53,006 nucleotides of DNA from an uncultured Clostridia bacterium. GTDB lineage: Bacteria > Bacillota > Clostridia > Oscillospirales > Acutalibacteraceae. The stretch covers positions 1-53,006 of the forward strand of contig CALDOU010000034.1 in NCBI GenBank assembly GCA_937912175.1, given 5' to 3'. Numbering within the stretch: the stretch's first letter is position 1; every line of letters begins with the position of its first letter. The notes beneath the pieces were generated by a model. The model was not told the origin of the DNA. It was given only the letters and a program-made list of their open reading frames with translations, and searched no databases. Positions 8,859 to 19,409 of this stretch are shown here, piece by piece. The translations under genes and the position numbers were made by a program.

Positions 8859-10010
8859 GTGATATATTTTGATAATTCCGCAACGACTTATCCAAAGCCG
8901 AAAGTTGTAAATATGGCTGTGTTGGAAGCATTGAAAAAATATGGCGCAAATCCCGGTCGAAGTGGGCACACTATGTCACGTAACTCAGGGGAAGAGGTTG
9001 AAAAATGCAGAAAAACCGCAGCAAAGTTATTTGGAGTAAAATATAGTTCTAATATTGCATTTACTTTGAATTGTACTCAGGCGATAAATATGGTTATAAA
9101 AGGCTTTTTAAAGCCCGGAGACCATGTGGTTACTTCGTGCTTGGAGCACAATGCGGTAATGCGTCCTCTTAATAAACTTGAAAAAGATGGTGTTATTACA
9201 TATACCACTGTTAAAGTTTATCCGGGTGATAATGATAAAACCGTGGATTCTTTCCGAAAAGGTATTAATTCAAAAACTCGTTTGATAATTTGCACCCATG
9301 CGTCCAACGTCTGGGGCATAAAATTGCCAATTGAAAGAATAGCCGCATTAGGTAAAATTTATGATATCCCCACCTTGGTTGACGGGGCTCAATCGGCGGG
9401 ACTTGTTCCTATTGATTTTGAAAGTCTCGGTATAGATTTTTTGTGTTTAGCGGGACATAAAGGGCTATATGGGCCGATGGGTACGGGTATGCTTATTACA
9501 AAGAGCTCATATAAACTGAACACTATAATCGAAGGTGGAACGGGAACGGATTCTATGATATTGTGCCAGCCTAAAGTGATGCCTCAGAAATTTGAAAGCG
9601 GTACTCCGAATATGATTGGAATTTGCGGTCTTATGGCGGGTATGAATTTTGTTATGTCCCAGGGCGTTGAAAATATTGCTAACCATGAAGCCGGTCTTAT
9701 TTTATATTTATATGAAAAATTAAAAAATATTAACGGTGTAAAGCTGTATATGCCTCGCCCGGATATCAATCATTTTGTCCCTCTTTTAAGTTTTAATATA
9801 AGAGGTTATATTAGTGATGAAGTAGGAAAAATTTTAGATAAAAACGGCATAGAAGTAAGAACGGGCCTTCAATGTGCTCCGCTGGCACATGAGTTTGGCG
9901 GTAGCTCTCATACAGGAGCGGTAAGAGTAAGTCCTTCCATATTTAATAAAAAACAAGAGGTAGACCGATTGATAGACGTTGTTAAAACTATTCCTCCGAA
10001 AGCCGGATAA
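8859..10010 (+). CDS. Class-V aminotransferase-fold PLP enzyme, cysteine desulfurase family
   Basis: YFDNSATTYPKP N-terminus, GHKGLYGPMGTG PLP-lysine region, RTGLQCAP. GTG start 6 nt after AGGAGGT. Confidence 0.85.
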   Translation: MIYFDNSATTYPKPKVVNMAVLEALKKYGANPGRSGHTMSRNSGEEVEKCRKTAAKLFGVKYSSNIAFTLNCTQAINMVIKGFLKPGDHVVTSCLEHNAVMRPLNKLEKDGVITYTTVKVYPGDNDKTVDSFRKGINSKTRLIICTHASNVWGIKLPIERIAALGKIYDIPTLVDGAQSAGLVPIDFESLGIDFLCLAGHKGLYGPMGTGMLITKSSYKLNTIIEGGTGTDSMILCQPKVMPQKFESGTPNMIGICGLMAGMNFVMSQGVENIANHEAGLILYLYEKLKNINGVKLYMPRPDINHFVPLLSFNIRGYISDEVGKILDKNGIEVRTGLQCAPLAHEFGGSSHTGAVRVSPSIFNKKQEVDRLIDVVKTIPPKAG

Positions 10011-10047
10011 AAAACTTTTATTAATATGATCGCTTTTGTGATTTTAC

Positions 10048-10076
10048 TTGAAACCAAAATTAAATATTGGTAAAAT
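10048..10076 (+). promoter_or_regulatory. Candidate sigma-A promoter for cdaA-cdaR
   Basis: TTGAAA, 17-nt spacer, TAAAAT, with TG at the extended -10 position. Confidence 0.45.
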
Positions 10077-10168
10077 TATAAGTATTAACTATGAATTATA
10101 ATGTTGATTATAACAAAATAAGTTAATGCTTATTTTTATTTGCTTCAAGAACGGAGTTGAAGATACAA

Positions 10169-11053
10169 ATGGATTATTTTTCCGGCGTTTGGACTGCTTT
10201 TCAAAGCTTGATGCGAACTTTTAACATATATGATTTTTTAGATATGGTAATAGTATCTTTTTTGATTTATCATTTGATAAAATTTATCAGGGAATCTCGT
10301 GCCGGTCAGTTGGTTAAAGGTATTTTGGTAATACTTGTTGCTTACTTTTTGGCCTGTCAGCTTAATTTTAAAATGCTCAGTACTATTTTAAATAACTTTT
10401 TTCAATTCAGTATTTTTGGGATTTTAATAGTATTTCAACCTGAATTGCGCCGTGCATTGGAAAAGCTCGGAAGAAGCAATTTTAAAGATTATTGGTCTTT
10501 TAAAAATTTTAGAAGAGAAGAAGATTCTTATAATGAAAAATACAGGAAGTTGATAAATGTTATTTCTGATTCCGTATTGTCATTAAGTGAAGAAAAAATG
10601 GGAGCTTTAATTGTTTTTGAAAGAAAAACAAGATTAGGAGACATAATTTCAACAGGAACCGTTATTAAATCTAAGCCCTCGGTACCTTTAATTTGTAATA
10701 TATTTTTTAATAAAGCTCCGTTGCACGATGGCGCCTTGATAATAAAAGACGGTCTTCTTTATGCGGGTGGTTGTATTTTGCCCCTTACCAAAAGTGAGCG
10801 TTTGAGTAGAAAGTTAGGAACTCGCCACAGAGCGGCTGTGGGAATAAGTGAAAATTCCGATGCGGTTGCGGTGATAGTTTCAGAAGAAACAGGAAATATT
10901 TCCATAGCGGTTAATGGGGTTTTAGAAACATATTCAAACTTAAGAGTGTTTAAAAAAGATTTGGAAAAATTGTTGCTTGATTTTTCGAAATTTGATAAAA
11001 AAAATTTTAAAAGTTCCGTATCTTCTTTTAGGAAGGTGATTAAAAATGGTTAA
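10169..11053 (+). CDS. cdaA: Diadenylate cyclase CdaA (membrane-anchored DAC domain)
   Basis: Three N-terminal TM helices, then DAC motifs GALIVFER, LHDGALII and GTRHRAA. The start is ambiguous between TTG 10157 and ATG 10169. Confidence 0.92.
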   Translation: MDYFSGVWTAFQSLMRTFNIYDFLDMVIVSFLIYHLIKFIRESRAGQLVKGILVILVAYFLACQLNFKMLSTILNNFFQFSIFGILIVFQPELRRALEKLGRSNFKDYWSFKNFRREEDSYNEKYRKLINVISDSVLSLSEEKMGALIVFERKTRLGDIISTGTVIKSKPSVPLICNIFFNKAPLHDGALIIKDGLLYAGGCILPLTKSERLSRKLGTRHRAAVGISENSDAVAVIVSEETGNISIAVNGVLETYSNLRVFKKDLEKLLLDFSKFDKKNFKSSVSSFRKVIKNG

Positions 11054-12347
11054 GTTTAACTTTCAACTTCTGAAAGAAAAATTTAAAAAAATAAATTTTA
11101 GCAAGCTTTTTTATAATAATAAATTTGTTGCGATTTTTTCCGTATTGATTTCTTTTATCATATGGGTAGCCGTTTCTTCCAATACAAGCGAAAGCGTACC
11201 GGTGGTAATAGGAGATATACCGGTTGATATTAAACTTTCTGAAAGTGCAGTGCAAGACGGATTGCGAATTTTCAGCGGGAATGATATTACGGCAAGGGTG
11301 GAGATTACGGGTAATCGATTAGTGGTCGGACAGGTTACAAAAAATGATATTCAGGTTTCGGCTTCTCAATCTGTTAGTACCATTACATCTCCGGGAAATT
11401 ATACTTTGGAGCTTTCGGCCAAAAAGGTTGGAGTTTTGCAAGATTATGAAATAGTTTCGGCAGTAAAACCTTCAGTGATAACCGTTATGGTTGATAGGTA
11501 TAGGGAATCTGAATTTGTTGTTGAGCCGGAAATTAATTTTACTCCCAAATCCGGTTATTTTGTGGGAAGTGTTGCGTTATCTACCGATAAAGTGACGTTA
11601 GCCGGTCCGGAAACAGAAATTTCCAAAGTTAAAAAAGTTAAAGTTTTAAGCAATATTTCGGGAGAAGTAAGCAACTCGATAAATTTAAATTTGCCAATTG
11701 TAATGTATGATGCTTACGGTCAACCGATTAATAGCGAAACCATTACTTGCAGTGCAAACAATATTGATGTAAGTATTCCTGTTCTTATGAAAAAAGAGGT
11801 AAATTTAGTTCCTACTTTTTCAGGTTTGCCTAATGGAATTGACTTTGAAAAAGAATATAAAGGTATGTTGAAAATAACACCTTTAAAATTAGAAATAGCG
11901 GGTCCTGAAGATGTTATTTCAAACTTAAAAAATGTAAAATTGGAAGAAATAGATTTTAAAAATGTAAACCTACAAACAAATAGGTTTAACTCGCGTATTA
12001 ATTTGCCACAAGGTTGCAGGAGTCTTAATGATGTTTATTCTGTTGACGTGAATATTAATATGACCCCGTTTAAAGAGAAGAACATAAATATAAATCAATT
12101 TACATTTAAAAATATTCCCGAAGGTAAAAAACCTGTTGTTTATAACAGCAGTATAGATGTTGTAGTTTTATCCGCAATCAGCGAATTTAATCGTATTAAA
12201 CCTTCTGATATAGTTGCTGAAATTGATTTTGCGAATGTGGGTGAGTATGCTTCCTCTATGGAGATGCCCGTCAATATATTAATCAAAGGGTTTGGTACTG
12301 CTTGGGTTTGTGGAAATTACAGTGTGAATGTTAATCTTACGTCTTAA
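11046..12347 (+). CDS. cdaR: CdaR-like regulator of CdaA (YbbR-domain repeat protein, N-terminal TM)
   Basis: 8-nt overlap with the cdaA stop, one N-terminal TM, and repeated ~90-aa beta-rich YbbR-like modules. Position after cdaA is conserved. Confidence 0.8.
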   Translation: MVKFNFQLLKEKFKKINFSKLFYNNKFVAIFSVLISFIIWVAVSSNTSESVPVVIGDIPVDIKLSESAVQDGLRIFSGNDITARVEITGNRLVVGQVTKNDIQVSASQSVSTITSPGNYTLELSAKKVGVLQDYEIVSAVKPSVITVMVDRYRESEFVVEPEINFTPKSGYFVGSVALSTDKVTLAGPETEISKVKKVKVLSNISGEVSNSINLNLPIVMYDAYGQPINSETITCSANNIDVSIPVLMKKEVNLVPTFSGLPNGIDFEKEYKGMLKITPLKLEIAGPEDVISNLKNVKLEEIDFKNVNLQTNRFNSRINLPQGCRSLNDVYSVDVNINMTPFKEKNININQFTFKNIPEGKKPVVYNSSIDVVVLSAISEFNRIKPSDIVAEIDFANVGEYASSMEMPVNILIKGFGTAWVCGNYSVNVNLTS

Positions 12348-12394
12348 TAAAAAAGTTTTATTAAATTAAAAATCGAAATGGAGAATAGTATTTT

Positions 12395-12790
12395 ATGAAC
12401 AGGCGCCAATCACGAGAACAGGCATTTATATTTTTATTTGAAAGCACTTTTGGTTTGCAAAGTTTGGAAGAAATTTTGGAATATGCAAATTTGATAAGGG
12501 AAGAAGTACTTAGTGATTTTGCTGAAAAATTATTTAATGGAGTTTTTGAACATAAGGAAATAATTGATGACTATATTGAAAAAAATCTTAAAGAGTGGAA
12601 GAAAGATAGGTTATCACGCACCGCTTTATCAATTTTAAGGTTGTGTGTATACGAATTGGTATATTGCAAGAAAGAAACCCCGACCAGTGTGGCAATTAAT
12701 GAGGCCGTGGAAATTGCTAAAAAATACGGCACTCCGGAAGAAGCTTCTTATATAAATGGGGTTTTGGGAGCGATAGAAAAAAGTATTTAA
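12395..12790 (+). CDS. nusB: Transcription antitermination factor NusB
   Basis: RRQSREQAFIFLF N-terminus, LSILRLCVYEL and INEAVEIAKKYG motifs. Confidence 0.93.
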   Translation: MNRRQSREQAFIFLFESTFGLQSLEEILEYANLIREEVLSDFAEKLFNGVFEHKEIIDDYIEKNLKEWKKDRLSRTALSILRLCVYELVYCKKETPTSVAINEAVEIAKKYGTPEEASYINGVLGAIEKSI

Positions 12791-12874
12791 AAAATTAATT
12801 ATATAAATTAAGAGGCACTTGTATTTTATAGGTGCCCTATAGCTATTTTAAGCGGTTATTTTAGGTGATTATGT

Positions 12875-14080
12875 ATGATTGATAATAAATTTATCACGGT
12901 TTCACAGCTTAATGCGTATATAAAAATGAAATTTGACAGTGATGTTAATTTAAGCGACATATTTATTTCGGGAGAAATATCAAATTTTAAAATGGCGACT
13001 TCGGGACATCTTTATTTTTCTTTAAAAGATAGTAAAAGTGTGGTAAGAGCGGTTATGTTTGCCGGAGAAGCGAGGAAAGTGCAATTTAATGTTTCTGATG
13101 GAATGAGCGTAATTGTCAGAGGGAGAGTTTCAAGTTATGAGGCTTCGGGTCAGTATCAAGTTTATGTAAAAGATATTCAACCGCAGGGTCAAGGTTCAGT
13201 ATATTTGATTTTTGAGCAATTAAAAGCAAAATTGCTTTCGGAAGGTCTTTTTGACGATTCTTTAAAAAAAGGAATTCCAAAATACCCTAAAAAAATTGGA
13301 GTAGTTACCTCTCGAACAGGGGCGGTGATTCATGACATAAAAACGGTTGTTTCCAGAAGGTATCCACTTTGTGAAATAGTACTTTATCCCGTAGAGGTAC
13401 AAGGTGAGAGAGCAGCTTCACAGATAGTTAAAGGAATTAATTATTTTAATAAGTTTTTTAGTGTTGATGTTATTATTATCGGCCGTGGTGGGGGCTCTTT
13501 GGAAGAATTGTGGGCGTTCAACAAAGAAGAAGTTGCACGAGCCATATTTGTTTCCCAAATTCCGGTTATTTCGGCGGTAGGTCACGAAACCGACGTTACA
13601 ATATGTGACTTTGTTGCCGACAAGCGTGCTGCTACTCCTTCTGTGGCTGCGGAGATTGCAGTTCCGGATATGAATATTTTAAAGTCCGAAATAAAAAACA
13701 ATAAAATCATAATGAAAAAGCTGATATTATCACAGCTGGAACAATTAAGTTATGCTATAAAAAGCTATAAAAACTTTTTTGAAAAAAATCATCCCACTAA
13801 TATGATTAAATCTCGGATTTCGGATTTATCGCAAATTAAAAACAGGCTTTTTAGGAGTTATGAAAATTTTGTTTTAAAAAATAAGAATAGATATGAAATT
13901 TTAAAAAAAGGGCTTAATTTGTGTTCTGAAAAATTTGCTTTAAAAAGAGGTTATTCACTTATTTTAAGAGGTTCCGAAAACATTAAACATATTGAACAGA
14001 TTACCGAAAATATGGAAGTAGAAATTTACTTGTCAAACGGAAAAATAAAGTGCAATTTGAGTAATATAAAAATTATTTAG
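12875..14080 (+). CDS. xseA: Exodeoxyribonuclease VII large subunit
   Basis: VSQLNAYIK, GEISNFK...SGHLYFSLKD OB-fold, IGVVTSRTGA, GRGGGSLEELWAFN, GHETDVT. Confidence 0.95.
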   Translation: MIDNKFITVSQLNAYIKMKFDSDVNLSDIFISGEISNFKMATSGHLYFSLKDSKSVVRAVMFAGEARKVQFNVSDGMSVIVRGRVSSYEASGQYQVYVKDIQPQGQGSVYLIFEQLKAKLLSEGLFDDSLKKGIPKYPKKIGVVTSRTGAVIHDIKTVVSRRYPLCEIVLYPVEVQGERAASQIVKGINYFNKFFSVDVIIIGRGGGSLEELWAFNKEEVARAIFVSQIPVISAVGHETDVTICDFVADKRAATPSVAAEIAVPDMNILKSEIKNNKIIMKKLILSQLEQLSYAIKSYKNFFEKNHPTNMIKSRISDLSQIKNRLFRSYENFVLKNKNRYEILKKGLNLCSEKFALKRGYSLILRGSENIKHIEQITENMEVEIYLSNGKIKCNLSNIKII

Positions 14081-14093
14081 AGGGGAATTTTTT

Positions 14094-14288
14094 ATGAAAA
14101 AAAATAAAATGAGTTTTGAAGACTCAATGAAAAAATTAGAGGAAATAGTGCTTCGTCTTGAAAGCGGTGATGAAACACTGGAAGATACAATTGCCCTCTA
14201 TGAAGAAGGCATAAATCTTGGTAATAACTGTGAAAAAATGTTAAATGATGCAGAGCAAAAAATTACTATTATAGATATTAATGAATAG
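14094..14288 (+). CDS. xseB: Exodeoxyribonuclease VII small subunit
   Basis: FEDSMKKLEEIVLRLESGD..LEDTIALYEEG, immediately after xseA. Confidence 0.92.
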   Translation: MKKNKMSFEDSMKKLEEIVLRLESGDETLEDTIALYEEGINLGNNCEKMLNDAEQKITIIDINE

Positions 14289-14302
14289 TTTATTGTAAAT
14301 TT

Positions 14303-15166
14303 ATGGAGGAAGTTTTGGATTATCATCTTGAATACAAAAAATATATAGCGTCTTTTGAAAGTTTTTTAAGTGATTACATTAATAATTTAAATGATGTGGA
14401 TGATGTTTTGCTTAAATCCATGAAATATAGTTTGTTTTCGGGCGGAAAAAGAGTGAGACCCGTAATAATGCTTGCTATGTATGATCTTTGCCTGAAAAAT
14501 TATAATAATAAAAAGGGTAGTCATTTGATATATAAATTTGCTTCGGCTATCGAAATGATACATACTTACTCTTTAATACATGATGATTTGCCTTGTATGG
14601 ATAATGATACTTTGCGTCGAGAACAACCTTGTAATCATATTGTTTTCGGAGAAAGTACGGCTTTATTGGCTGGAGATGCACTTTTGGATTTGGCGTTTGA
14701 AATTGTGAGTAGTGTTGACGATGATGTGTTTGATTGCCAAGCTGTTTTAAGATGTATAAATATCTTGTCAGAACTTTCGGGTTGTAGGGGGATGGTTTCG
14801 GGCCAATGCCTTGATTTAAAATGGGATAAATCTTTAAAAACGAAAGAAACGCTTATTGATATATATAATTTAAAAACCGCAAAATTAATTATTGCTGCGT
14901 CTAAAATAGGCGCAATACTCGGTGGGGCCAATGAAGAAAAAATTAAGTTGGCTGAAGATTTTGGCAAAAATATCGGAATATGTTTTCAACTGGTTGATGA
15001 TATTTTGGATAACGAAAAAGAAAATATTGCTCTTTTTGAAGAGCCTGATGCTACACATTTAGTTAAGTCACTTATCGAAGATTCTTATAAAAAATTAAAT
15101 TTGATAAATAACGACTGCGATTTTTTGAAAGAATTTACTTTACGCTTGATGACAAGACTAAAATAA
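14303..15166 (+). CDS. ispA: (2E,6E)-farnesyl diphosphate synthase / polyprenyl synthetase
   Basis: GGKRVRP, first DDxxD (LIHDDLPCMDND), second DDILD. Confidence 0.9.
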   Translation: MEEVLDYHLEYKKYIASFESFLSDYINNLNDVDDVLLKSMKYSLFSGGKRVRPVIMLAMYDLCLKNYNNKKGSHLIYKFASAIEMIHTYSLIHDDLPCMDNDTLRREQPCNHIVFGESTALLAGDALLDLAFEIVSSVDDDVFDCQAVLRCINILSELSGCRGMVSGQCLDLKWDKSLKTKETLIDIYNLKTAKLIIAASKIGAILGGANEEKIKLAEDFGKNIGICFQLVDDILDNEKENIALFEEPDATHLVKSLIEDSYKKLNLINNDCDFLKEFTLRLMTRLK

Positions 15167-15251
15167 AGAGTTTTATAATATGTGATATAATATAATTATA
15201 TTTAATAATTAAACAATGTTTATATTTAAAGAAAGAAGTATATGATTAATA

Positions 15252-17111
15252 ATGGAAGATAAAAATAAATTCCCGTTGTTAAGTAAAATAAATTCTCCAA
15301 AAGATTTAAACAACATAAATAATTTGGAAAATTTGTGTTCTGAAATAAGGGAAAAGCTTATTGAAGTTATATCTCGAAACGGTGGGCATTTGGCTTCTAA
15401 TTTAGGTATTGTGGAACTTACTGTTGCGCTGTATAAGGTTTTTAATGAAAAGTCTGATAAAATCGTTTGGGATGTTAGTCATCAAAGTTATACTCATAAA
15501 ATTCTTACCGGAAGGTTTGATAAAATAGATACAATAAGAAAAGAAAACGGACTTTCGGGTTATACAAATCGAAAAGAAAGTGAGTATGATTCTTTTACGG
15601 TAGGGCATAGTAGTACTTCGATTTCTTCTGCTTTAGGTCTTGCCGAATCTAAGAAAATTTTAAAAGAAGACGGCCATGTGGTAGCGGTTATCGGAGATGG
15701 AGCTTTAACCGGAGGATTGGCGTACGAAGGCCTTAATAATGCCGGAAGATTTAAGAAAAATTTTATAATTATTCTTAATGACAATAAAATGTCAATTTCA
15801 AAGAATGTTGGTGCGGTGGCAAGGCACTTGTCTACTTTCCGAATCCGTCCTTCTTACGTTAAAGCTAAAAATTTTATGGAAAATATTTTAGATCGGACAA
15901 AAATTGGTTCAAAAATTAAAAATATGATGAAAGAATCCAAATCCGCCGTAAAAAAAGTAATATATAAAAACAGTATATTTGAGGATATGGGATTTGCATA
16001 TTACGGTCCTGTGGATGGACATAACTTAAATCAATTACAACAAGTGTTGACAATAGCCAAAAACCTTAATAAACCTACAGTGGTTCATGTAATAACCAAT
16101 AAAGGAAAGGGCTATAAGTTTGCGGAAAAAAAACCCGGAATATATCACGGAGTTCCTTCTTTTAATGTGTTAAAAGGAATAGATTTGGAAAACAATTCTC
16201 TTACGTTTTCTGCGGAGTTCGGGCGTTCTTTGTGTGATATGGCAAATTATGATCCCAGAATATGTGCTATAACCGCAGCTATGACTGCCGGTACAGGGCT
16301 AACTGAATTTAAAAATCGTTATAAAAGCCGTTTTTTTGATGTCGGAATTGCTGAAGAACACGCCGTTACTTTTGCGGGAGGACTGGCGGCAGGGGGATTG
16401 ATACCTGTTTTTGCGGTATATTCCAGTTTTTTGCAAAGGGCTTATGATCAAATTATTCACGACGTTTCTTTACAAGATTTAAAAGTAGTTTTTGCAATCG
16501 ACAGAGCCGGATTGGTGGGCGATGACGGTGAAACGCATCAGGGAATATTTGATGTTGCTTTTTTAAATACTGTACCGAATTTAATTATTTATGCTCCCGG
16601 TTTTTTGGAAGAGGTCGGCCCTATGCTCAATAGTGCGGCATTTACATATCTTCAGCCCTCGGCGATAAGATATCCAAAAGGAATGGAATTTTTTAAACCT
16701 GTAAATTTTAAATATACGGGAAACAACTTTGATTTTTATGGAGATAAAAATTCAGACACCCTGATTGTTACATATGGAAGGTTATTTTCCAATGCATATG
16801 CAGCTTATGAAAAGTTGAAAGAAAAAGATAGACCGATTAGTGTTTTAAAACTTAACATAATAAAACCGATTGATATACAATCGGTTAAAGAATCTTTGAA
16901 TTTTAAAAATATAATATTTTTTGAAGAAGGCGTTAAGTCAGGGGGGATCGCCGAGAAATTCGGTTCATTGTTAATAAATGAACATTATAACGGTAAATAT
17001 AAAGTTTGTGCCATAAATGATGAATTTGTTCCACATGCAACAATTGATTCACAATTTAAAAGGTATTCGTTTGATGTTGATGGAATGATTGAAATAGTTA
17101 AAGGCGTCTAA
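15252..17111 (+). CDS. dxs: 1-deoxy-D-xylulose-5-phosphate synthase
   Basis: GGHLASNLG, DVSHQSY.HKILTGR, GDGALTGG and GIAEEHAVTFAGGLA motifs. Confidence 0.96.
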   Translation: MEDKNKFPLLSKINSPKDLNNINNLENLCSEIREKLIEVISRNGGHLASNLGIVELTVALYKVFNEKSDKIVWDVSHQSYTHKILTGRFDKIDTIRKENGLSGYTNRKESEYDSFTVGHSSTSISSALGLAESKKILKEDGHVVAVIGDGALTGGLAYEGLNNAGRFKKNFIIILNDNKMSISKNVGAVARHLSTFRIRPSYVKAKNFMENILDRTKIGSKIKNMMKESKSAVKKVIYKNSIFEDMGFAYYGPVDGHNLNQLQQVLTIAKNLNKPTVVHVITNKGKGYKFAEKKPGIYHGVPSFNVLKGIDLENNSLTFSAEFGRSLCDMANYDPRICAITAAMTAGTGLTEFKNRYKSRFFDVGIAEEHAVTFAGGLAAGGLIPVFAVYSSFLQRAYDQIIHDVSLQDLKVVFAIDRAGLVGDDGETHQGIFDVAFLNTVPNLIIYAPGFLEEVGPMLNSAAFTYLQPSAIRYPKGMEFFKPVNFKYTGNNFDFYGDKNSDTLIVTYGRLFSNAYAAYEKLKEKDRPISVLKLNIIKPIDIQSVKESLNFKNIIFFEEGVKSGGIAEKFGSLLINEHYNGKYKVCAINDEFVPHATIDSQFKRYSFDVDGMIEIVKGV

Positions 17112-17257
17112 TACTAATAAGACAATAAAATTTTAGTTTTTAGCAGTGAAGTTTTACCATTAAATTTATACTATACTAAATACCGACTTTTGGGTTTAAA
17201 TTCATTAGGTAACTTTATAATCTTTTACCTCATATATTGAAGTGAGGTGAACCCGGG

Positions 17258-17926
17258 TTGAACATGAAAAAAATTATACAAATGATGGAATATTGCGGAA
17301 TGTCTTATAGCGAAAATCAACCTGAAATTCGTGGGGAAAAATTAATTTATATTAATGATAAAATTACGGATATTCAATGTTTTTTAAGAATAAAAGGTTT
17401 TGATTTGGTTATTACATTTAGGGGCTCGGATTCAAAAAAAGATTTTAAAACAGATGCTAAGTTTTGGAAATCGGTAGTTCCATATAATAATTTTTCCTCT
17501 GAAATAAGAGTTCATTCGGGATTTATAAGCACATATAAATCGCCGAACGTAAGAAAAGAAATTCATAAATTTGTCGATAACAATATTCAAAATGTTTATC
17601 TTACGGGTCATTCTTACGGTGCGGCGTTGGCAATTTTATGTGCTGTGGATTTGGAATATAATTTTCCAAATAAAAATTATGAAGTTATAGTTTTTGGATG
17701 CCCTCGCGTGGGAAATAAAGCATTTAAAAAATCTTATAATTTAAGAGTTTTTAAAACTTTAAGGGTTGAAAATAGGAAAGATATTGTTTCTAAAATTCCG
17801 TTTGCATTTTTAGGATACAGGCATGTAGGCGCAAAATTAAAGATTGGAAAAAGTAATATTTTCCAACCTTACTCAATGAAATCACATATGTTACAGGAGT
17901 ATTATTCAAATATATGGGGTGTTTAA
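17258..17926 (+). CDS. Class-3 (triacylglycerol) lipase family alpha/beta hydrolase
   Basis: Nucleophile elbow GHSYGAALA, plus ITFRGSDS..DF..D and the HSGF strand typical of Lipase_3. The TTG start is 8 nt after GAGGTGA. Confidence 0.75.
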   Translation: MNMKKIIQMMEYCGMSYSENQPEIRGEKLIYINDKITDIQCFLRIKGFDLVITFRGSDSKKDFKTDAKFWKSVVPYNNFSSEIRVHSGFISTYKSPNVRKEIHKFVDNNIQNVYLTGHSYGAALAILCAVDLEYNFPNKNYEVIVFGCPRVGNKAFKKSYNLRVFKTLRVENRKDIVSKIPFAFLGYRHVGAKLKIGKSNIFQPYSMKSHMLQEYYSNIWGV

Positions 17927-17991
17927 AAGTTTTTATAATGTTTTTATTTGGCATTCTGATTTTATGTTTATTATTGGGCTTGGTGTTGTTT

Positions 17992-19272
17992 TTAAAATTT
18001 ATTGTTTGTTGTCTGTTCCCAATATTTTTGGAAGGCGGCTTCGTTTTTATTTGCTTGGGGATAGTAGTATTTTTTGTTTTTTATTTCTGTAGGTAAGTAC
18101 TGTTGATTTATCCAGTGATTTTTATAATCATGTGGGTATAAATAAACGTTGTTTTGTGGATTTTGTTTTTCGTTGTCGCCGTCACAATGAACATTTTGCA
18201 GGTGTCTTGGAACAGGGTATATATTTCCTTTTTTTAAGTCTTTCATTGCGGTACTGATTGCTTTATATGCTGAATTTGATTTAGGCGACATTGCTACCAT
18301 TATTACAGCGTCGGCTAAAGGGATTCGAGCTTCCGGAAGCCCTACTTGAAGCGCCATGTCAGTTAGTGATTTTACAATCGGTAATATATTTGGATATGCG
18401 AGCCCGACATCTTCGCAAGCGCAAACCGAAAGCCTGCGACATACATTTATTAATTCTCCCGCTTCTAAAAGTCGCGCCAAATAATAAATGGAAGCGTGAG
18501 GGTCGGAGCCCCTTAATGATTTTTGAAAAGCTGATAAAAGATCAAAATGGTCATCACCGGTTTTGTTGTAACCGGAAAATGAGTTTTCTTCCAGCTTATT
18601 TAAAATTTCTTCGTTTACCAAACTTACTTTATTATTTTTAGGTTTTGAAGAAATATAAAGCATTTCTAAAATGTTGAGTGCTTTTCGTACATCCCCGAAA
18701 GCCAATGAGGAGATTCTGTTTATTATATTATCCGAAATTTTAATTTTAACGTTATTTTCTTTTTCTAAAAAGGTTATTGCTCTTAAAATTGCTTTGTTTA
18801 TTTCGTCTTGTGGCACAGGTTTAAATTCAAATACTTGTGAGCGGCTGAGAAGAGCTCCGTAAATATAAAAATAAGGATTTTCGGTAGTGGAGGCAATAAG
18901 TGTGATTTTACCGTTTTCCATAAAGTCCAATAATGATTGCTGTTGCTTTTTATTAAAATACTGTATTTCATCGAGGTATAGCAAAACGCCGTTTGGTGCG
19001 GTTATTGGATTGATTTCCGCAATTATGTTTTTTATATCCGACAAGGATGCAGTGGTGGCATTTAATTTAAAAAATCTTTTATTGGATTGTTTGGAAATAA
19101 TTTGAGCAGTTGTTGTTTTTCCTGTACCCGGAGGGCCGTAAAATATCATATTGGGAATAATCGAAGAGCCGATTAAGTTCTCCAAAAAATCATTTCCTCC
19201 GAAAATATGCTTTTGCCCTACAATTTCGCTTAGGTTTTGCGGTCTTAATCTTTCAGCCAATGGTGAAACCAT
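17992..19272 (-). CDS. rarA: Replication-associated recombination protein A (AAA+ ATPase RarA/MgsA)
   Basis: PLAERLRPQNLSEIVGQ, Walker A GPPGTGKTT, Walker B LYLDEIQYFNK, and the C-terminal MgsA domain (LRGSDPHASIYYLARLLEAGE). Confidence 0.95.
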   Translation of the reverse strand: MVSPLAERLRPQNLSEIVGQKHIFGGNDFLENLIGSSIIPNMIFYGPPGTGKTTTAQIISKQSNKRFFKLNATTASLSDIKNIIAEINPITAPNGVLLYLDEIQYFNKKQQQSLLDFMENGKITLIASTTENPYFYIYGALLSRSQVFEFKPVPQDEINKAILRAITFLEKENNVKIKISDNIINRISSLAFGDVRKALNILEMLYISSKPKNNKVSLVNEEILNKLEENSFSGYNKTGDDHFDLLSAFQKSLRGSDPHASIYYLARLLEAGELINVCRRLSVCACEDVGLAYPNILPIVKSLTDMALQVGLPEARIPLADAVIMVAMSPKSNSAYKAISTAMKDLKKGNIYPVPRHLQNVHCDGDNEKQNPQNNVYLYPHDYKNHWINQQYLPTEIKNKKYYYPQANKNEAAFQKYWEQTTNNKF

Positions 19273-19409
19273 AATATTTGTGACTCCATTTAATTTAAAT
19301 TTAGTTTACATACTTTTTTTAATATATTATAATATATTCGAAAAAAAAATAAAAATAAAAGCATGAAAATGTAGTTTTATGCAAATATCAGAAGGGATGT
19401 TTTTAATTA

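Noticed and set aside
8676-8969. 97-aa minus-strand ORF between ispF and the cysteine desulfurase gene, plus similar ORFs at 11040-11255 and 36318-36566.
   Set aside because: They overlap the terminator, the promoter region and the 5' ends of real genes. They have no SD and translate to AT-rich junk.
17914-18096. 60-aa very hydrophobic ORF overlapping the lipase stop and the 3' end of rarA.
   Set aside because: It is the T-rich antisense of the rarA C-terminus, has no SD, and its composition is explained by strand bias.
18291-19366. Series of plus-strand ORFs (18291-18641, 18671-18862, 18887-19105, 19151-19366).
   Set aside because: All are antisense to the well-supported rarA gene.
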